From an uncultured virus (IMG/VR IMGVR_UViG_3300037234_000959) (Duplodnaviria; Heunggongvirae; Uroviricota; Caudoviricetes): a stretch of DNA of 64,000 nucleotides. How positions within the stretch are numbered: the stretch's first letter is position 1; every line of letters begins with the position of its first letter. Positions 58,340 to 64,000 of this stretch are shown here, in pieces. The stretch lies in IMG/VR virus record IMGVR_UViG_3300037234_000959. One strand, given 5' to 3'. The position numbers were made by a program, and so were the translations under genes. Below the pieces are notes generated by a model. It was not told where the DNA came from. It did not search any database and worked only from the letters and a program-made list of their open reading frames with translations.

Positions 58340-58667
58340 GATTGCATCCCCGCCCTGGCTGCAAAATATCCGGCAGGATGTCCTGTTATTTCTTCCCTGG
58401 TCTCTACAAGCTCAAACTCGAAAAAGTCATGATAATCGCATGAGGATCCTGAAGCATCGATACTGGGAGTCACCTTAATATACTTATCTTTAACAAACTG
58501 ATACTGCCAGACAAGTTGCCCCCTTACCTCGAGAACATTTTCTAAGGTGACGGGAAGGTCTTCAGTGTGTGGCCTCTCATGGTTCCCGGGGCAACGGAAA
58601 AAAGGCGACGACAGGTCACCCCACCATTCACAACCTCTTCAGATAACCAACCCTTAAGGACCTTCAC
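58336..58667 (-). pseudogene. Frameshifted Cys/His protein (DUF6527-like)
   Basis: GTG start; frame changes at a T6 run (~58598-58603) into FRCPGNH...VTPSI...CDYH. Confidence 0.45.
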
Positions 58668-58668
58668 T

Positions 58669-60459
58669 TTAATCCTCCAGTTTTATTCTCAAAAACTTAG
58701 TTTCCCGCTGTGACTTCTCTATTTTATCGTCAGGGCTCTCAGTTGACTTTCTTTCGGCAACCTTATTTCCTTTCTGCTTGTCACCTTCGAAGAGTCCTCC
58801 ATCTTCATTCTCGTTACCATTGTTGTCAAAGCCGTCAAACATCCCGCCCTCACCGTTGTCGGCTCCTTCACCACCCTCACCCTCACCACCGCCCAACATA
58901 TCCATAGTGCTTAAATAGGTTGACATAGGGGCATCGGCAGGGAAATTCCAAGGGTTTTTCGGGTCATTAATATCACCGATAGGCTTCATACCTTCTTCCA
59001 TCCTGGCCTCATTCTTGGAGAGCCAGCCCTTTGTCCTCTTATCACGAAGCTCAAGAACTTCCTTCTCATCTTCATTATCGAACCCGGTCAATACCAGTTT
59101 CAGATCATCATAGCGGGGCTTGATAAGGTCTTGTGTCCACCACTCGCACAAATCAAGAAGAGAGGGCTTAAGGCCGTGTTCCTTACTCTCTGCAATCTCC
59201 CCGGCTGGATCGTGGGTGCTCATATGACTACCGGTTCCCTGGTCGGCAGAGAAATTAAGGACCGTGGGGTGGGCACCATATGCAGCGCATTTGAACATAA
59301 TCATGAAACGAAACAGCTCATCAAAGAGCATGTCCTTTGGAGATTCACGGAGCTTGTGAGTCTCTACTTTGAAGCTCTGAGCATCTGCCCCCGTCCCGGT
59401 ACTAATAACAGGAAGTCTCCAGTTGTTCTTTGGTCCCCCCGCCTCACCCAGGATATGCTGCTTAAAGGAATCAAGACCTTCTTTGTCAAAGTCTCCAGCA
59501 ACAGTAAGGATATTTTCAGGGTAATTGGTTTTGAAGAGTTCTTTGTTGTATGTCCATGCATATAGAAGGGTAGTTGTAAGATCGAGGCTTATCTCCAGAC
59601 GGCTTTCCCCATAGCCCCATTTATTGAGTTCATCACTTGGATTGGATATATGGACAGATATTTCGTCTTCCGTATAGGCCTCGACAACCATACCGTCTAC
59701 CATCTGAACATAAGCTGACTTCGCTATATCAAAGCCACTGCTGTAGCTCATCTTGGTCATAGTGTCCTGGCTAACCTTACCGCTCGGCTCATTTTTCTTT
59801 GCCCACTCACGCACAGACTCATCAACATTCTTTATCGTATCGCCCGGTAGCCAGTGGAAAGAGGCATAGCCCTTGCCGTCTTGCCTGTGATAGCGGCGTA
59901 TAACCTTACGATCTATGATAAGTTCGGCCTGTATAAGCCTCGATACGAGATCCTTGATGCCGTTATGTACTCGAATTCCGTGCGGATATATATCTGTGTA
60001 TTCAATGGGGGTGGGGTTGCCGATAAGCTCTTCCATCTCAAGGCAACGCTTCTTGATATCATCGGTCACCTTAAAGTCAGGATCATCATAGAGATCATGG
60101 ACAACTTTAAAACCTGGCTGTTTTTGCTTGGCATCAATAGAGCGCTGCCAGATAGATTTCATCTGGTCTTTACGGATACGGATCAGAATACGATCGACAA
60201 ATGATTTCTTTGCAGAGTCCCTGAGCATGGCAAAGGAAACGCTGTCCACGGGCTTTTCACGGGCACCGTGGGCAATCATATTCTGAAACATGTAGTTGCT
60301 GAAGAAGCGGGACTGATTGTCACCCTCACCCTTGGCGATGTTTCTCGCCTCGGCTTTAACAAGACCATCATAGTCCCGGTCGGAAACTATGATGCCGGCA
60401 GGTGTGACATGTGGATTTACAATGTTTGCGAGCTGCTTTTGCAGTAGGATATCATTCAT
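58669..60459 (-). CDS. Portal protein
   Basis: YVQ..DG, NP......GYGESRLE, KDM.F, GLKPSL, NEAR...G..PI; likely start ATG 60459. Confidence 0.9.
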   Translation of the reverse strand: MNDILLQKQLANIVNPHVTPAGIIVSDRDYDGLVKAEARNIAKGEGDNQSRFFSNYMFQNMIAHGAREKPVDSVSFAMLRDSAKKSFVDRILIRIRKDQMKSIWQRSIDAKQKQPGFKVVHDLYDDPDFKVTDDIKKRCLEMEELIGNPTPIEYTDIYPHGIRVHNGIKDLVSRLIQAELIIDRKVIRRYHRQDGKGYASFHWLPGDTIKNVDESVREWAKKNEPSGKVSQDTMTKMSYSSGFDIAKSAYVQMVDGMVVEAYTEDEISVHISNPSDELNKWGYGESRLEISLDLTTTLLYAWTYNKELFKTNYPENILTVAGDFDKEGLDSFKQHILGEAGGPKNNWRLPVISTGTGADAQSFKVETHKLRESPKDMLFDELFRFMIMFKCAAYGAHPTVLNFSADQGTGSHMSTHDPAGEIAESKEHGLKPSLLDLCEWWTQDLIKPRYDDLKLVLTGFDNEDEKEVLELRDKRTKGWLSKNEARMEEGMKPIGDINDPKNPWNFPADAPMSTYLSTMDMLGGGEGEGGEGADNGEGGMFDGFDNNGNENEDGGLFEGDKQKGNKVAERKSTESPDDKIEKSQRETKFLRIKLED

Positions 60460-60465
60460 ACTGAT

Positions 60466-60499
60466 ATTGTATGACAATATGCGTTATTTACAAAACATT
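60466..60499 (-). promoter_or_regulatory. Putative late promoter
   Basis: AATGTTTTG-N19-TACAAT, ATG 6 nt downstream. Confidence 0.65.
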
Positions 60500-60534
60500 T
60501 CTACAATTTCTATTTTGTCTATTTAGGCCTGCCG

Positions 60535-60783
60535 CTATTCTATTCTAAGGTCAGAATGTGGCGAATAGAACGAAACGTACCTGCGGCCTGTGCCCTTGCA
60601 GTCAACGCACGGCAGGGAAAGAGGCGGCAATGTGGCGTCCGGGTGAAACTTAGTCCAGTCACCATCGCCGCCACACTCAATACAGTCTGTGATTCCCACG
60701 CCTCCACCAAGGTCTTCAATAGTCTGCTGTGCAAATGGCCCGGTGCATCCGTGCATGTAAATATCATGTAGCCTCGCGGCCAC
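60535..60783 (-). CDS. DnaJ-type Zn-finger small protein
   Basis: CIECGGDG...CVDCKGTG. Confidence 0.6.
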   Translation of the reverse strand: MAARLHDIYMHGCTGPFAQQTIEDLGGGVGITDCIECGGDGDWTKFHPDATLPPLSLPCVDCKGTGRRYVSFYSPHSDLRIE

Positions 60784-60786
60784 ACC

Positions 60787-61884
60787 TCACACCCTCATCG
60801 GCATAACAATAGCGATACTCTCAGGATCCTTGTCACACTGGAGCAGTATAGGATCTTGATCGCCTTTGGCACTAAGGATAAGGGTCTCTCCCGTCATCAC
60901 GGTCATGAACTCCAGGAGGTACTTGGCATTAAACCCTAAAGTAATTGCCTCACCGGCATATTCAACTTGTGCCTCCTCCGTTGCATCTCCAAGCCCGGGG
61001 TTCGTGGTAGATAGCATCATGACCCCACTTTTTAGCTCTAGCCGGATCGCCCTTGTTTTATCATCTGAAAGGATAGCAACCCGCTTTACAATACTTATTG
61101 CCTCCTTACGATTAATGCTAATAGATGGGCCTGAATATTCGGGAATGACCTGTTCATAGTCGGGGAACTCGCCCTCGATAAACCTACTGATAACCACCGT
61201 GTCCCCTGCCCTAAGGACTGCATGATTGCCCTTAAAGCCCATTTCTACATTGTCAGCTCCATCAAGGACCTTCCTGAATTCCTGTATTCCACCACGGGGG
61301 ACAATATGACCCCGCTTTTCCTCTTTAACGGGACTGCCGTGAACGACTACGGCAAGCCGGTGGCCGTCGGTGGAGACAAGCTTTATACCTACATCACTCA
61401 CATGCTCCACATAAACGCCGCCAAGGTTATATCTCGACTGGTCCGTAGATACGGAAACTATTACCTTGTCTATCATGCTGGACAGAACGGATGCCTTAAC
61501 CTCAACGGTTTCGGTTTCATCAACAAGCGGGATCCTGGGGAAATCATCCATATCAAATCCCACCATTTTAAAACGAGCCTTACCTGACGATATCTCAACC
61601 CAATGGTTTTTAGCCTTTGAAATTGCAACCTCAGCTCCGGGGGCTTCCTTTACAATGTCCAGCAACTTCTTTGCCGGTAGACAGATAGAACCCTCTACAA
61701 CTGTCTCGGCCTCTATCTCTTCAATGATGCTCACCTCAAGGTTGGTTGTTGTCAACTTAAGGTAGCCGTCTTCTGCCTTAATCAAGACCGATGAGAGTAT
61801 GGGCATGGTATGGACACTACCTACCGCTCCCTGGACTTTACTGAGCGCTGCCATCAGTTTGTTTTTACTTATCGTGATCTTCAT
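60787..61884 (-). CDS. dnaN: DNA polymerase III beta sliding clamp
   Basis: PILSSVLI, STDGHRLA, EG.FPDYEQVIP, GFNAKYL, VMPMRV. Confidence 0.95.
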   Translation of the reverse strand: MKITISKNKLMAALSKVQGAVGSVHTMPILSSVLIKAEDGYLKLTTTNLEVSIIEEIEAETVVEGSICLPAKKLLDIVKEAPGAEVAISKAKNHWVEISSGKARFKMVGFDMDDFPRIPLVDETETVEVKASVLSSMIDKVIVSVSTDQSRYNLGGVYVEHVSDVGIKLVSTDGHRLAVVVHGSPVKEEKRGHIVPRGGIQEFRKVLDGADNVEMGFKGNHAVLRAGDTVVISRFIEGEFPDYEQVIPEYSGPSISINRKEAISIVKRVAILSDDKTRAIRLELKSGVMMLSTTNPGLGDATEEAQVEYAGEAITLGFNAKYLLEFMTVMTGETLILSAKGDQDPILLQCDKDPESIAIVMPMRV

Positions 61885-62030
61885 TTGTTACCTCCAGCGT
61901 TATTATTTGTTGTCACCTGGTTACTCCTTTTTTTAAAAGCCAGATGGCTACGAGAACAAGGGGCCCATCCCCTCCCCGGTAAGACATCCGGGCATCTGGC
62001 AAACTTAGTATTATAGATCTTAGGTGCTCA

Positions 62031-62480
62031 CTAGAATGGGATATCGTCGTCTTCAAAATCATCAGACCCGCCGGGTGATGAACCCTGTCTGCCAGCGGAT
62101 GAACCCTGAGAGCTACCACCCCTGCTACTATCAGAAGCACCGCCGTTCCCTACCTGGCCAAGCATGGTCATGTTGTTGGCCACTATCTCAGTTGTCTGCT
62201 TCTTGTTGCCGTCCTTATCATCCCATTCTCTTGTCTGGAGCCTGCCTTCAATATAGACCTGCTTTCCCTTGAAGAGGTATTCGCCGCATATCTCGCCTAG
62301 CTTGCCCCATGCAACAATGCGATGCCATTCAACTTTTTCCTCTTTGTTGCCGTCTTTGCCTGTCCACCTTTCGGAGGTTGCAAGACTGAAAGAGGCTACG
62401 GCTTGACCAGCCTTAGTGTATCTGACTTCCGGATCCCTTCCGAGATTCCCAACCAGTATTACTTTATTTACACCTGCCAT
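62031..62480 (-). CDS. ssb: Single-stranded DNA-binding protein
   Basis: [15 protein letters not shown]...EWHRIV...DDDIPF. Confidence 0.97.
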   Translation of the reverse strand: MAGVNKVILVGNLGRDPEVRYTKAGQAVASFSLATSERWTGKDGNKEEKVEWHRIVAWGKLGEICGEYLFKGKQVYIEGRLQTREWDDKDGNKKQTTEIVANNMTMLGQVGNGGASDSSRGGSSQGSSAGRQGSSPGGSDDFEDDDIPF

Positions 62481-62541
62481 GACTTCTCCTTTTCTGCTTT
62501 ATTTGAGTTTTATATGAAGAACGCTGTAGTTAAAAAAACAC

Positions 62542-62736
62542 CTAATTCAGCCTATCCAGCATGGCCTTTGTCAGGTTAATATCCACCTTCTGCATTTCCT
62601 GCAATAGCATGATGGCTAAGTTCTGGGCCGCAGTGTTCGTGCTAATATCACTCACCTTCCCTAATCCCTCAGCATTGAATGTTACTTCCAGTTCCCCGCC
62701 TTCAATGTCTTTTACCTTCAGTTCAAATTCAGCCAT
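62542..62736 (-). CDS. Hypothetical protein
   Basis: ORF in operon orientation. Confidence 0.5.
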   Translation of the reverse strand: MAEFELKVKDIEGGELEVTFNAEGLGKVSDISTNTAAQNLAIMLLQEMQKVDINLTKAMLDRLN

Positions 62737-62752
62737 AATCCTGCAACCTCCC

Positions 62753-63067
62753 TTAGTCGCTTATCTCATCAATAATCTTTTGCACTCTTAATGTTACCTT
62801 GTCGAGTGCGAAATAGGCCGCAATTGCACCTCCAGTTTGTTCAGAGTAACATCCGCAGGCAGCGGTTAAGGTGGGGCTGTCAATCAGCCGCTTCACATCT
62901 TCAAGAGAAGCAACTAACCCAGCGCTGCTAGGGCTAGACATGGCTGCTTCTTTCTCTTTGAGGGCGGCATTCCAAGCTTCTCTTGCATTTTCTTTATGTG
63001 GTGCCGTAAAAGCTGTATCACGTTTCCATCCATACTTTTCTTTCCACCATTCATCAAATGTTTTCAT
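62753..63067 (-). CDS. Hypothetical protein containing an attC half-site
   Basis: GGAGG RBS; FDEWW...AWNAA motif. Confidence 0.55.
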   Translation of the reverse strand: MKTFDEWWKEKYGWKRDTAFTAPHKENAREAWNAALKEKEAAMSSPSSAGLVASLEDVKRLIDSPTLTAACGCYSEQTGGAIAAYFALDKVTLRVQKIIDEISD

Positions 63068-63110
63068 CTTCCCTCCTCCTCAGTCTAGCCGTAGAGCGTT
63101 CTATTCGGCG

Positions 63111-63614
63111 TCAAAGCTTCGGACATACAGAAATATCTATTGCCTTATACCATCCGTCCATTTGAATTGTCGCAGCATAGCGGCCAAGTGGCTTGCGTTC
63201 CGTGCTGAGGATTTTAGCACCCAGTCCCTTTGCAATGTGCTGCATCAAGTCATGGTTCCCAACTGCATCATCAATCCACGGTACCGCAATAACGTCAAGG
63301 TCACGCTCCCTGGATCCGTGCGCCCCTATGGCATACCCCACTTCCTTTGCCAGCTCACGGATACGGTCAATAGGTGGCAACCTGGGTTCATCCCATCCCT
63401 CACATGGCTCAAATGTCGCCTCTCCGCACTTCCAGCATTTAGCGCCCTCCCTGGGAGCCCTACATTGAGGACAACGCCGGGGCACCTGTTCAACATCTTT
63501 TTCGTATTTTCGGTCATCAAATATCACTCCCTCCCCGCAATATTTACATTTCCCTTTTACAATTTCATTGTCGCAAATGGCTGTCATTCTGCACTTAGGG
63601 CAGGTCATGTCCAT
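63111..63614 (-). CDS. Zn-ribbon plus minimal nucleotidyltransferase-like protein
   Basis: Several CxxC; HGS..RDLDVIAVPW. Confidence 0.6.
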   Translation of the reverse strand: MDMTCPKCRMTAICDNEIVKGKCKYCGEGVIFDDRKYEKDVEQVPRRCPQCRAPREGAKCWKCGEATFEPCEGWDEPRLPPIDRIRELAKEVGYAIGAHGSRERDLDVIAVPWIDDAVGNHDLMQHIAKGLGAKILSTERKPLGRYAATIQMDGWYKAIDISVCPKL

Positions 63615-63644
63615 CCTTCTATCTCCTTAAGTGGCAAAGCCCAC

Positions 63645-63998
63645 TTAGCTTAATCGGTTATCTACCTTTTTCCATACACGGCGTAATTCTTTTATATCAA
63701 GTAATAAGGTGGCCCTTTCTGCCGCATATTTTGCCGACTTAATATTGTTTTCTGTAGGGCTTACACAAAGGGCATTGATGACATTAATTAAAGCTAAGCG
63801 ATCGGGTAAAGACGCAGAATTAACTACCCTCCTCAATACTTCTTCGGCGGCGCGGCAGGTAACACTTTCATATCTGTCACCACCTATTAGCCGAATATCT
63901 CTATCCATCGCTTCTCTTGTCGCGTATTTTGCGTACTGCTGCAACGTATTTTCGGTGCGGCATACCCTGTCGATAAACTCTAGCTCCTTATCGCTCAT
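63645..63998 (-). CDS. Hypothetical protein
   Basis: 117-aa ORF in operon orientation. Confidence 0.5.
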   Translation of the reverse strand: MSDKELEFIDRVCRTENTLQQYAKYATREAMDRDIRLIGGDRYESVTCRAAEEVLRRVVNSASLPDRLALINVINALCVSPTENNIKSAKYAAERATLLLDIKELRRVWKKVDNRLS

Positions 63999-64000
63999 CC

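Noticed and set aside
63628..63663. Fifth attI-like site (hairpin near GTTATCT)
   Set aside because: Palindrome centre is 19.5 nt from the triplet rather than 17.5, and no partner attC is visible.
1..64000. Alternative genetic code, tRNAs, integrase, terminase
   Set aside because: Standard code gives dense, intact genes; no tRNA, tyrosine recombinase or terminase motifs were recognised in this window.

Overview
This window looks like part of a large contractile-tailed phage or prophage. Its head and tail module is Herelleviridae-like, and the host-like HU, SSB and beta-clamp suggest a Gram-negative host, possibly Desulfobacterota (inference). Plus-strand early/accessory genes (1-11.4 kb: SbcCD/Mre11-Rad50, a Gp3-like recombination protein, an HNH) converge on a minus-strand late region. 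That region runs portal, MuF-like protein, cargo polyproteins, a secreted-protein/lysozyme block, prohead protease, scaffold, major capsid, neck, sheath, tube, tape measure, baseplate, tail fibre and amidase. It is interrupted by a plus-strand accessory island (34.8-38 kb), an HNH and a TnpB-only IS200/IS605 element. dnaN and ssb lie at the right end; no terminase or integrase is visible. Main discoveries: (1) four dispersed, integrase-less 'mini-integrons', each an attI-like palindromic site plus cassette(s) plus canonical attC, all inverted relative to their ORFs; (2) putative head-packaged polyproteins punctuated by prohead-protease-type hydrophobic-x-K(S/A) sites and carrying a shared ~29-aa basic tag, with sigma-like, HAD, JAB/RadC, LPD1 and pyrophosphatase-like cargo; (3) a conserved late-promoter motif, AATGTTTTG-N19-TAYAAT; (4) a protein-silent TnpB insertion with an inferable TAM and guide; (5) an HNH that displaced the sbcC 3' end, and mirror-image 32-aa duplications in the two Rad50 coiled-coil arms. 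All calls come from reading the sequence; no database searches were run.
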